DNA of 64,000 nt. It comes from Octopus vulgaris. Its lineage: Eukaryota. Where the stretch lies: contig OX597818.1 of assembly GCA_951406725.2 (NCBI GenBank), positions 123,938,001 through 124,002,000 on the forward strand, written 5' to 3'. Below are positions 38,434 to 51,454 of the stretch, in pieces. The position numbers and the translations under genes were made by a program. The notes beneath the pieces were generated by a model. It was not told the DNA's origin and did no database searches. It saw only the letters and a list, made by a program, of their open reading frames with translations. Each line of letters opens with the position of its first letter. The stretch's first letter is position 1.

Positions 38434-40308
38434 ATATGTTTTTCCAATAAACTCTAAGCTATCCTTACTTTTCATATTTTTCTGAATTCTTCAAATTGTA
38501 ATGGTAATTTATGGACAACCCTGTATTAAGATTTCGTTTTTGTATTTGATTTGCAAGATTCTTTGTGTGAATTCATGTGTTGAAGCATATTTTAAGTTGC
38601 AGAAGTAAATGAACACACACACACAAACTGTATAGATATGAAGTATGTTTTCTAACAACATTGTTTATGATATGTAACATCTTGGACAAGTGTCTACTGG
38701 CCTCAGAAAGGTCAATGCCTTGTAAATGGAATTATTGATTTGCTGGAAAACATATAGCAGTCTATCATGGGAATAGGGTGTTGTATGCACATTAAGACCT
38801 ATATTTGCATGTTACATTTGAGCAAAGAGAGTGATGCCATGTTTATCATTCCCTGCAGGTAATAATATAAACTGATACTCTGAGTTTTCAAAGAGCAACA
38901 AAATAAAAAATAAAAAAAACTTAAGGCATCTAGCTATAAAACACTGCCCCAAAACAGAGCTTCGTCCAACCTATACCAGAATGAAAAATGGATGTAAAAG
39001 ACAAGTGAACACAATGAAGGCAATCTATTCACACATGGGTGAGGATGAAGAACCACCATTTGAATTTGATCAGAGCATCCCATTCTAAACCATGACTACC
39101 CTCAGCCTTCTTATACTCTGTATCCAGGTACTCAATGTTCAGATCTTAAAGTGGCCAGGTACTGCTGGTGGTTTTTACATTCGCAGCCAATCTATTAATG
39201 GTTCACATAGGGCCCATTTCCTTCTTGCGAATCTGCACTTAATCGTTTCCTGATTTTTCTTGCACATCATTTGAGTTGCCCACCAGTCACTTGTTGGCTT
39301 CTTCAAAGACTAAACTGCATGCAATTCCCAAGAGGAGCTATTTTAATAAGCAGCTAATTCAGTAGTTCAAATAACCAAATAATCATCACAGAAACCAACA
39401 AAGATCCATTCTTTACAAACGTGTGTCCTTGCACCAGATTTAATTATAATGTGCAGTTCTGTGAGCAAGTGCCTTCCACCATTGTTTCTGGTCATAAACC
39501 CAAGTTTTGCAAATGAACCTGGGTACATGGAAGGGTTGAACCGGTTATGTGCAGACTTAATCCCAAGTTCAACACCACCACCTGACTCCTAAGGAGACTT
39601 TAGTGGAGTTTATTCTGTTGAAAGCATTCAGACCAGATTGCCAGTTTTAAAATGACAATCTAGTGTTTGGGTGGTTTTAACAGAGGCCTTTTTTTCCTTT
39701 TTTAGAAGTAGGTTCATATATATGAAAACCTGGCCCAAATACATGCAACTGAATGGTCCCAGCTAAAGGCACCCACATACCAGGTTGGTGGTGCTAAATC
39801 AGGTGAAAGATTAAGTTTAACAACCAAGCAGGGCATGATGGGATTTGAACTCAGAACACAAAGAGCCAAAACAAATACCACAAGGTATCTGGTCCAACAT
39901 TGTTACGGTTCCACGAACACACTGCTCTGTTTTTTTTTTTTGTTTTTACTTTTACACTGAACCTCAACATGATTTTCAACACTGAGTGCCAAATGCCCCA
40001 TGAGGTATCCATCTAGGCACTCACATAACTGTCATCATCTGTTGTAAGCATCCAGACTAAATAGCCAGGTTTAACAATCTCCTTCAGTGCCTTCAGGAGA
40101 CTCCAATCAATTACAAACATTCAGACCAGTTTACCATCTGAAAATAAGATAATCTTAAGTTACTTTGACTAGTCTCAGAGACCCTACACACAGGCTACTA
40201 ATGCTGTCCTACCTTCTCTGATCAAGCAGCAAAAAGAAATGAATCTAAAACACATCAGCAAAAATATTTTGTCAAACAATTGTTGAAGGCAAAACAGCAA
40301 TTAATTAC

Positions 40309-40418
40309 CTCCACGTCCTGGGCCACACATGTAATCAAAGACCCCATACAAGTCAACTTTATCAAAATAACAGGAAGTATACAAAGGTTTGGTACATTCC
40401 TTGAACTCTGGAACACCC
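40309..40418 (-). CDS. Cys-rich membrane protein, internal exon B (Q-GVPEFKECTKPLYTSCYFDKVDLYGVFDYMCGPGRG)
   Basis: tcttttaacag acceptor, GTAATT donor, 110 nt, phase 2->1. Confidence 0.87.
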
Positions 40419-40520
40419 CTGTTAAAAGATATAAAGAATTGTTTTAATGTTTCTCTTATTTCAACTGGTTGTTTTGCATTTATAATATATACAAATTATA
40501 CAAATAAAAAAATATATATA

Positions 40521-40678
40521 CAGGAGTGACTGTGTGGTAAGTAGCTTGCTAACCAACCACATGGTTCCGGGTTCAGTCCCACTGCGTGGCATCTTGGGCA
40601 AGTGTCTTCTGCTATAGCCCCGGGCCGACCAATGCCTTGTGAGTGGATTTGGTAGACGGAAACTGAAAGAAGCCCGTC

Positions 40679-40712
<34 letters not shown>

Positions 40713-41100
40713 GTTGGCGTTAGGAAGGGCATCCAGCTGTAGAAACATTGCCAAATTTAGACTGGAGCCTGGTGCAGCCTTCTGGCTTCCCAGAACCCCG
40801 GTCGAACCGTCCAACCCATGCTAGCATGGAGAACGGACGTTAAACGACGACGACGATGATAAGTGTGTGTGTGTGAATATGTTTGTGTGTCTGTGTTTGT
40901 CCCCCTAGCATTGCTTGACAACCGATGCTGGTGTGTTTACGTCCCCGTCACTTTGCGGTTCGGCAAAAGAGACCGATAGAATAAGTACTGGGTTTACAAA
41001 GAATAAGTCCCGGGGTCGATTTGGTCGACTAAAGGCGGTGCTCCAGCATGGCCGCAGTCAAATGGCTGAAACAAGTAAAAGAGTAAAAAGAGTAAAGAGT
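40521..41100 (+). mobile_element. SINE family B with an RTE 3'-end fragment (about 40709-40860) nested in its internal microsatellite
   Basis: SINE halves flank the insert, which ends ggacgttaaacgacgacgacgatgat. Confidence 0.85.
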
Positions 41101-42729
41101 ACTGTTTCTACTTTGTGTGGAGTTTCACTTTCACTTTGATAGTCAAGGGGTTACTGTAAATCATTTCCATTTCAATAACATTGTTGTAGAGATTATCAAT
41201 CCAGAATAGGAAAACCTTTGATAAAACCATTCTAACCATGACCATTCCATCTTATTTTCAGAAAATGCAACCAGGCATAGCTAAGTGTTTAAGAACTTCA
41301 CTTTTCAACCATATGGTTTTGGGTTCAGTTTCACTGTGAAGCATATTGAGCAAGTGTCTTCTGCTCAATATGCCTGAGGTTTGGTTACAGATGGTGACAT
41401 CATTGTTTGTGGTTGAGCTAAAGCAATTATGTTAGGTTGATAGTTTCTATCGAAAAATTGTCTGCCAGCACTTCATCATCATCGTTTAACATCTGTTTTC
41501 CATGCTAGCATGGGTTGGACAGTTTGACTGGGATCTGCAAAGCGAGGAGGCTGCACCAGGCTCCAATCTGATCTGGCAGTGTTTCTACAGCTGGATGCCC
41601 TTCCTAATGCCAACCACTCCGTGAGTGTAATGGATGCTTTTTACATGCCACCAGCACAGATTGTACTTTTGAATTTTGCAAGAACTAAAAAAAAATCCTT
41701 TACTTGACAAACAGGTAAGGATTGGTAACAACAAAAGCATCCGGTCATAAAAATCCTACCTTAATTTCCTCCTGTCTAAGCCATGTTAGTATGCAAAAAC
41801 AGACTTTAAACAAAAAAAACTACATTTATTCAATTTTTTTTATAGTTTTTTTTGTTTTGTTTTTAAGCTGATAAAATCTTGTTAGAGAAATTTGATTCTT
41901 ATTTTAGTAGAGAGAGAGGCAGGGAGGGAGAACTAGCATGATACTATAGTTAGAGTTGACAGTAGGAAGATCACCTTACCATAGATTATATCTGCCACAA
42001 GAAGTTTCTTATTTGTGTCAGCAAAGGCAAAATGGATGTAAAAGAGGATGATAATTTCCCCCATCTTAAAACATCTTCAGACAACATGCTGAGCGAGAGT
42101 GGAGCAGAAAGAGAGAAATAGATTTAAAAAGCTATACAAAATATGAGGCCACCATAAAAAACTCCCTTACAAGTTTGCTTTCGTTGCTCTTATTGTTGAA
42201 GGTCTCCAAATGAGAATAAATTCAGTTTCCAGTGAAATGTGGAAGATATTTCAGAAGCATTTTCCAAAGAGCCAAGAAAGAAATTAAAAAGCACCACTTC
42301 CTAATGATGTGATAGCCACAACTAATATTTTGCTGATAGCATGGGCAAAGTATGCTACTGCATGGTAACAAGACATGGACCATGAATTCCTTGACTGGAA
42401 AAGCTAGCAAGAAATGAGATGAGATGAGATGAGATGTTCGATGTCAGTGAACATGAATGATGAAGTATAAATGAACTGAAAGAAAAACCAAGTATAAGAG
42501 GAATCATCTGTAGTGTGCAAGAGAGGAAATTGCATGTGATGCAAATGGAGGATAACAGGAGCTCAAAGTGAATGGTATCTGTGGAAGAGGGAGACGAAGG
42601 AAGACTCAAGACGAGGTGGTAAAAAATAATCTCCAAACAGATGACCTAGGACTATGTTGGTTGATGAGAGTGCTGCAGAAGACAGAACCTACTGCACAAA
42701 CTAGTTGAAATGCCTACAAAGTACCTATT

Positions 42730-42960
42730 TTTTTTTTTACTACCCACAAGGGGCTAAACACAGAGAGGACAAACAAGGACAGACACACGGACCAAGTCAT
42801 TACATCGACCCCAGTGCGTACCTGGTACTTAATTTATCGACCCCGAAAGGATGAAAGGCAAAGTCGACCTCGGCGGAATTTAAACTCAGAACGTAACGGC
42901 AGACAAAATACGGCTACGCATTTCGCCCGGCGTGCTAACGTTTCTGCCAGCTCACCGCCT
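42730..42960 (-). mobile_element. SINE family C, full length
   Basis: Head ggcggtgagctggcagaaacgttagcacgccgggcg on the minus strand. Confidence 0.82.
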
Positions 42961-43759
42961 TAAAGTACCCCCATGACACTGCCTATTGCTTATTCTACAC
43001 CCTCAAGCTTCCCTCCCATCTCTTCTATCCATTTTACCTATTGCATTCTGAACTGACCTACTCCCAACACTTACATCCTACTACTGTGTCTCCCTTTGTC
43101 CTTCCAAATCAGGAGTGGAGGCGTGTGGCTTAGCGGTGAGGACTTGTGATCATAAGATTGTGGTTTCGATTCCTGGACTGGGTGACACATTGTGTTCTTG
43201 TGCAAAACACTCCATTTCACGTTGCTCCTGTCCACTCAGCTGGAAAAAATAATTCTGCGACAGACCAGCATCCCATCCAGCTGAGGAATTTGTACAGCCT
43301 TCATGAGTCAACAGGACTTTAGAAGGTAACTTTTTTTTTTCCTACAAATCATGATACCTGAATAGGGAGGGGATGAATAACACTCTTGTAATTTTCACTC
43401 ACTCTTCCAGAGTATTCAGTCAGCACACTTTACCTTGGCCATGTTACTTTGAGAATATGCTCTGGTACCTTCTCATTTACTCTCTCACAATAAATCCACT
43501 CTGCCCATCATACCTAAAGTTATCACCCCCTCTCTCTCCTCTATTCCTTCTTCCAGTAGTGAATTTTGCTTCTCAAGTCATAAGGTGACATCAATACTAG
43601 AAAGATAAAAAGTGCACGCTTTAAAGTAGTTGGTAAATCAAGTAAAGACAACACAGGGTTACAAGGACTTTTTAGTTTTGCTGACAGTAAGACATGCTTT
43701 TCAGTCCTAGCGCCATGATAAAAAGCACCCAGTACACTGTCAAGTAATTAAGAAGGGCA

Positions 43760-44087
43760 GCCAGCGCCACCTCGACTGGCTTCTGTGCTGGTGGCACATA
43801 AAAAGCACCATCCGAACATGGCCGATGCCAGCTCCACCTTGACTGGCTTCTGTGCTGGTGGCACGTTAAAAGCACCAACCGATCGTGGCCGATGCCAGAC
43901 TCCCCTGGCACGCAAAAAGCACCCACTATACTCGCGGAGTGGTTGGTGTTAGGAAGGGCATCCAGCTGTAGAAACACTGCCAGATCAGACTGGAGCCTGG
44001 TGCAGCCCCTGGCTTCCCAGACCCCGGTCGAACCATCCAACCCCTGCTAGCGCAGAAAACGGACGTTAAACGATGATGATGATGATC
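43760..44087 (+). mobile_element. RTE-type LINE 3' end fragment
   Basis: Conserved 3' UTR plus (GAT)n. Confidence 0.8.
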
Positions 44088-44467
44088 CATCCATAGAAAG
44101 CATATTGAACCAAAGATATCTTGATTTGTGGGATCTTGTCAAACGTTCAGCCCATACCAAGATGAAAAATAAATGAAAAATGATGACTTCAAGTAGAAGT
44201 TATGTGCTTGAATAGTAAAGATATTGGACTGCTAGAAATAGCAGCTAAATCTGTTTCAAATCAAACATAACTACAATTTTAAAAGTACTAATTTTTTTAC
44301 CCGTTTCACTGAATTGTAACCATACTAGAACATCGCCTTTAAAGGGTTTCAGGCAATCATTTTGTCCTTAATACTCAGTCTCCTTTTCGTTAAATTTATT
44401 TTTCTATCGATTTATTGCAAACGTAAAGACAAATACAAGAACACGCAAATTTTCCACACCTATGATG

Positions 44468-44806
44468 TGGTCGATGCCAGCGCCGTCTCGACTGGCTTCT
44501 GTGCCGGTGGCACATAAAAAGCACCATCCGAACGTGGCCGATGCTAGTGCCACCTTGACTGGCTTCCGTGCCGGCGGCACGTTAAAAGCACCAACTGATC
44601 GTGGCCAATGCCAGACTCCCCTGGCACGTAAAAAGCACCCACTACACTCGCGGAGTGGTTGGTGTTAGGTAGGGCATCCAGCTGTAGAAACACTGCCAGA
44701 TCAGACTGGAGCCTGGTGCGGACCCTGGCTTCCCAGACCCCGGTCGAACCGTCCAGCCTGTGCTAGCGTGGAAAACGGACGTTAAACGATGATGATGATG
44801 ATGATG
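44468..44806 (+). mobile_element. RTE-type LINE 3' end fragment
   Basis: Conserved 3' UTR plus (GAT)n. Confidence 0.8.
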
Positions 44807-45409
44807 AATTTTACTCACAAAGTGTTATTTTACAGTTTCAGGCTATAGTAGAAAACAATTGTCCAAGATGGTGTACAATGGGACTGAACCTGAAACCACT
44901 TGATTGCAATGTTAAGTTAACCATTCAATCATGCATGAAAGGAAAGTAGCAGGGAGAGGACAAACAGCTAGAAATGTCTTTAATCATACATTGACTTGTA
45001 CAATCAAACTAACTTGCAACTACGATTAAAAGGATATAAACAACATCAAAGGCTCCACAATACAAAAAGCATGGGAGGACGGGCGAACAGATGGTGACGT
45101 AAGAGAAATGTCAGACAGAACTTTGAAGCTTCTGAAAGCTCAAGAGTGAAATGCAGTGAGGTGGGGAAAATATTATTTACTGCTTATAATTTAGCACAAA
45201 TGTTAAGGCTAATGCTAGTAGTAGCTAAGCACACAGAGTTAACATCATTAAACAGCTTCAAATGAATGCAACAAAAATGGCTGCTATGTGGTTGCTCCAC
45301 AAGACCTGCTAGAAATAACAGCTAAATCTTTAAATTACATCTATGCTGTCTTTGAAATGATCTCATTAGTAAATAAGATCCTATATGCAATATTTGTTAT
45401 TTATATATT

Positions 45410-45733
45410 ACGGAGATGTACTTGCATAGCAAGTGATTTGATCGGAGATCGTGTGCTGGAACGAAAACTATTGCAGCATGGAAGGTGTTTGTAAGCCATT
45501 TAAGAAACACACAAAAGCCGTTCGATTCACTTCAACATTTAAGTTTAATTTGTCAAAATATTTTCATCGCTTTAAGACCGCGACCTGTTCACTACAGATT
45601 TTTGTCAGTGAACAGGTCGCGGTCTGAAAGCGACGAAAATACTTTGACAAATTAAATTTAAATGTTGAAGTGAATCGAACGGCTTTTGTGTTTCTTAAAT
45701 GGCTTACAAACACCTTCCACGCTGCTATAGTTA
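45410..45733. mobile_element. palindromic (foldback) non-autonomous element
   Basis: 45466-45733 is a near-perfect ~130-bp-arm inverted repeat centred near 45599; diverged relative at about 19100-19485. Confidence 0.75.
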
Positions 45734-46481
45734 TTTATATAATATAAACATATATAAAAGATAGCGGTCATGGCTGATTATAGGTCTGCTCAGTCATGGA
45801 TTACATGGGTTAAACAACAACCACCACAATAAGGCATGAACCAATGATGGATATTATGTTGATGGGAATAGCAACCAACTCATTCCTCACCTTTCATGCC
45901 CTAAATACAGGGATGGATTGGGTAATGTGTGAAAAGAAAAAAAAGGGAATGATTACAGCAGGGAGTGTGTATGACCATAAATCAAGTCATTCGGAGTAGA
46001 CCTATGGGGTAAACAACTATATCCTTTTAGAAGTTTCATCTGCTAGAAATAGCACAAATAGTAAGGTCTCCCATGATTTGCAATCATCCTTCATGGACGG
46101 ATCCAAATATGTTTCATCCCTAGGACTACAAGTCAAATTTATTGCTTCAGCTAGGTATGTTTAGAGAGATATATGTCCAGGGATGATAAGTTCAACAGAA
46201 GCTATCTCCAGCCAATTAGGATAGAGTGCTCAAAGTTTGAAGTTCTTGATGAACATTAGTAAAAGAAAAAAAAAAAAACTAACGATGTGGTCAAGGTTGG
46301 AATGTCTGATCCTAATCAACTTAGGAGATTCAGTGATGTGAGTAGTAGTAATATGATGTAAATTAGTTAAGTAATTTGATCCAATGTTTACACTGCCTCT
46401 CAGTAGGTAGGAGCAGCAGTTGGGGGAAGATGTGTGCTAAAGAACATGGCTGTAAAGAACATTTTACAACTACAAAGAAAC

Positions 46482-46735
46482 GAGAGAGAGAGAGCAAGGA
46501 AGAAGTTGAGAGAGAGCAAGGAAGAAGTTGAGAGAGAGCAAGGAAGAAGAGAGAGAGAGCAAGGAAGAAGAGAGAGAGAGCAAGGAAGAAGAGAGAAAGA
46601 GCAAGGAAGAAGAGAGAAAGAGCAAGGAAGAAGAGAGAAAGAGCAAGGGAGAAGTTGAGAGAGAGAGAGAAGAGGAGGGAAGTTGAGAGAGAGATTGGCA
46701 ATTGTGAGAGAGAGAGAGAGAGAGAGAGAGGCAGA
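46482..46735. repeat. GA-rich 21-bp minisatellite (gagagagagcaaggaagaaga)n
   Basis: Directly visible. Confidence 0.9.
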
Positions 46736-47229
46736 AAGACAAATAGAGAGGAGCAGAACCAGAGATAAACAAATAGATATCAAAAGTGTGCAGGATGAAA
46801 TTGCCGAATTTTAAGCTCATTTAATAAATATAAACAAAGCTCATAGTGGAGAAACTTGCTATGATATATATATATAGGAGAAATCAGTGCAAACAAGCCA
46901 GTTCTCTGTATCGTGTGAAATAATGGGTCAATGACAAAAAGTAAAATGATGTTCCGCAAAAATTAACTGAAAACCGCTTAACTTTAACTCTGTCCTGGCT
47001 TCATTGTGATATAATCTGTTTATAATTTGCTTTCCAAATCAATAACATACAGAAACAATAGGGTTAAGTCACGTTTATTTTTACTTCTTTCAGTTATTGT
47101 TTACCAAATCCATTCTGTTAGTCCGGAGTTTCAGAAGTAGAGGGCACATGCCCAAAAGTGATACGCAGTGGGAATGAACCTGGGTAATCTATAATTTACG
47201 ATGCTCCTATTCACAACAAAATGCAACAT

Positions 47230-47525
47230 GGGCACAGGAATGACAAGAAGCTTGCTTAAACACATGGAAACTGCCTAGGGAAAGTTTCTTCTTCTACTAC
47301 AGCTCTGGGCTGACCAAAGCCTTGTGAGTGGATTTGGTAGACGGAAACTGAAATCTCATAGGCACAGGAATGGCTGTGTGGTGAGTAGCTTGCTTGCTAA
47401 CCAACCACATGGTTCCGGGTTCAGTCCCACTGCATGGCATCTTGGGCAAGTGTCTTCTACTATAGCCCCGGGCCGACCAATGCCTTGTGAGTGGATTTGG
47501 TAGACGGAAACTGAAAGAAGCTCGT

Positions 47526-47566
<41 letters not shown>

Positions 47567-47960
47567 ATGTGTGTCTGTGTTTGTACCCCTAGCATTGCTT
47601 GACAACCGATGCTGATGTGTTTACTTCCTCGTCACTTAGCGGTTTGGCAAAAGAGACCGATAGAATAAGTACTGGGCTTACAAAGAATAAGTCCCGGGGT
47701 CGATTTGCTTGACTAAAGGCGGTGCTCCAGCATGGCCGCAGTCAAATGACAAACAAATAAAAGAGTAAAAGAGTATATGCGTGTATGTATGAGAGTATGC
47801 TTCATAACTGGTTTTAATTAATGTCCCCATAACTTAGTGGTTCAGCAAAAGAGACTGACAGAAGTACCAAACTTTGGAAAAAGTGCTGGGTTCAATTTGC
47901 TAGATGAAAAGCCCTTCAAGACTAGGGCCACAGTCCAATGATTTAAACAACAGATAAAAG
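47230..47960 (+). mobile_element. young SINE family B (47361-47773) nested in an older family B copy
   Basis: Older head 47230-47353 and older tail about 47820-47960 flank a complete copy. Confidence 0.75.
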
Positions 47961-48295
47961 ATAGCAGTAGCTACTGCATAAGTCAAGGGATGATGTACTG
48001 AATGCTGTGAGCAAAAAATTCTTTATGCTAGTAAATAATCCATATTAGATAACAGTTTAGTATACAAACAAATTAGCTGACATAACAAGCTTTCTGCTGT
48101 TAGGGAAGCACTGAGTCAAGAAATATGTATTTATAGCTACATACGATAATCTTTTCAGCAACATTGCCGTTGTTAATTTGTTTCAGTAATTAAGACAAGA
48201 ATGGGTAAAACTATCAGCACAATTGATCTAATAAGGCTATACAATTTCTACCTAGCAAATTTCTTTCACAAGATTTGGATCACCCTCAGGATATG

Positions 48296-48602
48296 GTGGA
48301 GAGAGAAGGAAGAGAGGGGAGACAGAGAGAGGGGAGAGCGAGGGGGAGAGGGAGAGGGGGAGAGGGAGAGAGGGAAGTGAGAGAGGGAAGTGAGAGAGGG
48401 AAGAGAGAGAGGAGAGAGAGAGGGAAGAGAGAGAGAGGGAAGAGAGAGAGAGGGAAGAGAGAGAGAGAGGGAAGAGAGAGAGAGATAGGGAAGAGAGAGA
48501 GATAGGGAAGAGAGAGAGAGAGAGAGGGAAGAGAGGGGGAGGGAGGGAAGAGAGAGAGAGAGGGAGGGAAGAGAGAAAGAGAGAGAGAGGGAATAGAGAG
48601 AA
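48296..48602. repeat. polypurine (GA/GGGAA) tract
   Basis: Directly visible, 25 bp from the exon A donor. Confidence 0.92.
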
Positions 48603-48625
48603 GACAACAAATGTGTAATACTTAC

Positions 48626-48752
48626 TGACAAAAAGCATTTATCTGTTTCTTATCTAAATGCTGCATATAATAATTGGAGACGTCAATATTGTGGGGGCTA
48701 ATTGACCTCAGACAGCTACGCAATGCTAGTGTATCACAATAAGCGTTGACAT
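48626..48752 (-). CDS. Cys-rich membrane protein, exon A (x-VNAYCDTLALRSCLRSISPHNIDVSNYYMQHLDKKQINAFC)
   Basis: Strong (T)n-atacag acceptor, GTAAGT donor, 127 nt, phase 1->2; upstream start exon not located. Confidence 0.87.
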
Positions 48753-48949
48753 CTGTATAAAAAAAAAAAAAAGAAGAGATAAATTATTTCTTGTTAATGG
48801 CGATTTTAGACATTTCTTGGTTTGGTCAGTATGTAAACCTACAGTTAGATTATTGTAATAAGAAACCTTCATCTCATTTTACACAAAAAAATTACAGAAT
48901 CTATACCACCACTATTTTAAACAAATTAAAACAAAAACCACTTTGAAAA

Positions 48950-49270
48950 TGTCATGGCTCAGTGGTTAGAGCATTGGGCTTCCAATCGTGGTTGTGGGTC
49001 TGATTCCTGGACTAGGCTGTGTGTTGTGCTCTTGAGCAAGGCACTTCATTTCACATTACTCCAATTCACTCACCTGTAGAAATGAGTTGTGACGTCACTG
49101 GTGCCACGCTGTATCGGCCCCTTTGACTTTCCCTTGGAAAACATTGGTGGCATGGAGAGGGGAGGCTAGCATGCATAGGCAATTGTTGGTCTTCCACAAA
49201 ACAAACTTGCCTGGACTTCATAGGGAACTTTCTAAGTACAATTCTAGGATCATTTATGAACAAAGGGAGT
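48950..49270 (+). mobile_element. older tRNA-derived SINE family D
   Basis: A box tggctcagtggttaga, B-box-like gattcctgg; homologous to 53600-54200. Confidence 0.7.
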
Positions 49271-49291
49271 CCGTTTTTTTAAGTATGCATT

Positions 49292-49664
49292 ATTCTTTTA
49301 CTTGTTTCAGTCATTTAACTGTGGCCATGTTGGAGCACCACCTTTTATTGAGCAAATCAATCCCAGGATTTTGTAAGTCCTAGTACTTATTCTATTGTCT
49401 TTTGCCAAACTGCTATGTTACGGGGACGTTAACACACCAGTATCAGTTGTCAAGTGATGTTGTGGGGACAAACAGAGATACACAAACATATATAAATATA
49501 TACGACGGGCTTCTTTTAGTTTCCATCTACCAAATCCACTCACAAGGCTTTGGTCGGCCCGAGGCTATAGTAGAAGACACTTGCCCAAGATGTCATGCAG
49601 TGGGACTGAACCCAGAACCATGTGGTTGGTAAGCAAACTACTTACCACATACCACTCCTGCACC
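49292..49664 (-). mobile_element. SINE family B
   Basis: Head-to-head with the next copy. Confidence 0.85.
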
Positions 49665-49688
49665 TATAATTTTTAAATAATATTTTTT

Positions 49689-50098
49689 GAGTGGCTGTGT
49701 GGTAAGTAGCTTGCTAACCAACCACATGGTTCCGGGTTCAGTCCCACTGCATGGCATCTTGGGCAAGTGTCTTCTGCTATAGCCCCGGGCCGACCAATGC
49801 CTTGTGAGTGGATTTGGTAGACGGAAACTGAAAGAAGCCTGTCGTATATATGTATATATATGTATATGTATGCATGTGTATGTGTTTGTGTGTCTGTGTT
49901 TGTCCCCCTAGCATTGCTTGACAACCGATGCTGGTGTGTGTACGTCCCCATCACTTAGCGGTTCAGCAAAAGAGACCGATAGAATAAGTACTGGGCTTAC
50001 AAAGAATAAGTCCCGGGGTCGAGTTGCTTGACTAAAGGCGGTGCTCCAGCATGGCCGCAGTCAAATGACTGAAACATGTAAAAGAGTAAAAGAGAGAG
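49689..50098 (+). mobile_element. SINE family B
   Basis: Full-length match. Confidence 0.85.
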
Positions 50099-50400
50099 TA
50101 ATATAAAACAGAGGAACCTGAGAATATTTTCCCATAATGCACTTAGCATAGGCCACTAACTGGTGAAGTAAATATGTTGATACTACTCACTAATACACTC
50201 AAACATCAGGCTCAGATATATCTCTTCACGGACTTTTCTACTGTTACCGCAAAGGCCTCTGCTCTGCTCTTTGGAGTTGATTGCTCTTATGCACCAACTC
50301 TTTTAGAAATATCGTTTCTTACAAGGTGCCAAGATATTGTGTACCAGTTCTAAAAATTATATACATCAAATGTGCTGGATCCATGGCCATCCCACTGTAA

Positions 50401-50880
50401 ATCTGGTCATCAAATCTAAGTAGAGACTTCAAACTTGAAATCTTCAAAGCCACAGTCGAACCAATTCTACTATATGGCTCAGAAACCTGGACGTTATCAA
50501 AGAAGCTTGAGAGGCGGTTGGATGGAACCTACACTCGCCTCCTTATGAGAGCTCAAAATCTCTCGTGGAACCGTCATCCAACCAAAATGCAAATATATGG
50601 GCAACTACCACCTGTGTCATCTCTTGTGAAAGGTAGGAGAGTCCAGTTTGCTGGACATTGTTGTAGAACTGAAAACAAGGCAATTTCTACTCTTCTCCTC
50701 TGGAAGCCATCTACTCGCAATACTAGAGGGCGGACACTCTCCTACCCTGATGTAATCTCCAGGGATACAGGCATCCAGCAACAGGACCTCCGTAATGCCA
50801 TGATGGACCGTGAAGTCTGGCGTAGCATGGTAAATTCCATTGTCTCGACCACGGTCGAACAATGATGATGATGATGATGA
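50401..50880 (+). mobile_element. 5'-truncated copy of the RTE-like element at 24570-25341
   Basis: Near-identical to 24872-25341; (TGA)n tail. Confidence 0.9.
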
Positions 50881-51454
50881 CTGTAAATATGATCAAGGAC
50901 AAGAAACAGGGATGGCACCAACAAGCATACAACATTGAGCAACTGAAGAGTCTGCACTAACAATGTTACAAACACTGGCTTCAAGGATTTAAAATGAATC
51001 TGAAGACCTTAGTTCAAGATTAAGGTGATTGATGGAAGGAAAAAACATCAAGCTATCATATTATCAGCTATCAAGACAATATAAGCCCCGATTTGAAAGA
51101 GGGGAAAAATATAAAATAGGCACAAACAGAGCCATATTGCCAAGTTCTCTTTGCAGCCATATAGTTCCAGTCTTGATCTTACTGTGCAGCAGAACCTTGA
51201 GTAATTGTCTTCTACTGTAGTATTGGATTTATCATTAATTTGGGAGTTCGTGTACGTGTGTGTGTGTGTGTGTGTTTGCAAGTGTATTTAATGTTTATTG
51301 GTTTAAAAATAGAATGTGTCAAAAAGTCTATTTCGTTGATCACTAAGCAGAAACTGATATGATCAACTTAAAAACCTTAAAGGCAAGTACCCTGGTCACA
51401 CCACTGAAGCTAACTAGTGAAGGAGTAACATCTATATAACCTTTACATAATCAT

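Noticed and set aside
41980-42088. Candidate extra exon (MGEIIILFYIHFAFAD...)
   Set aside because: Lies between exons A and B; in the required phase it hits a stop, and its phase-1 end does not fit exon B.
46363-48638. L/S-rich and R/E-rich ORFs
   Set aside because: GA-repeat translations.
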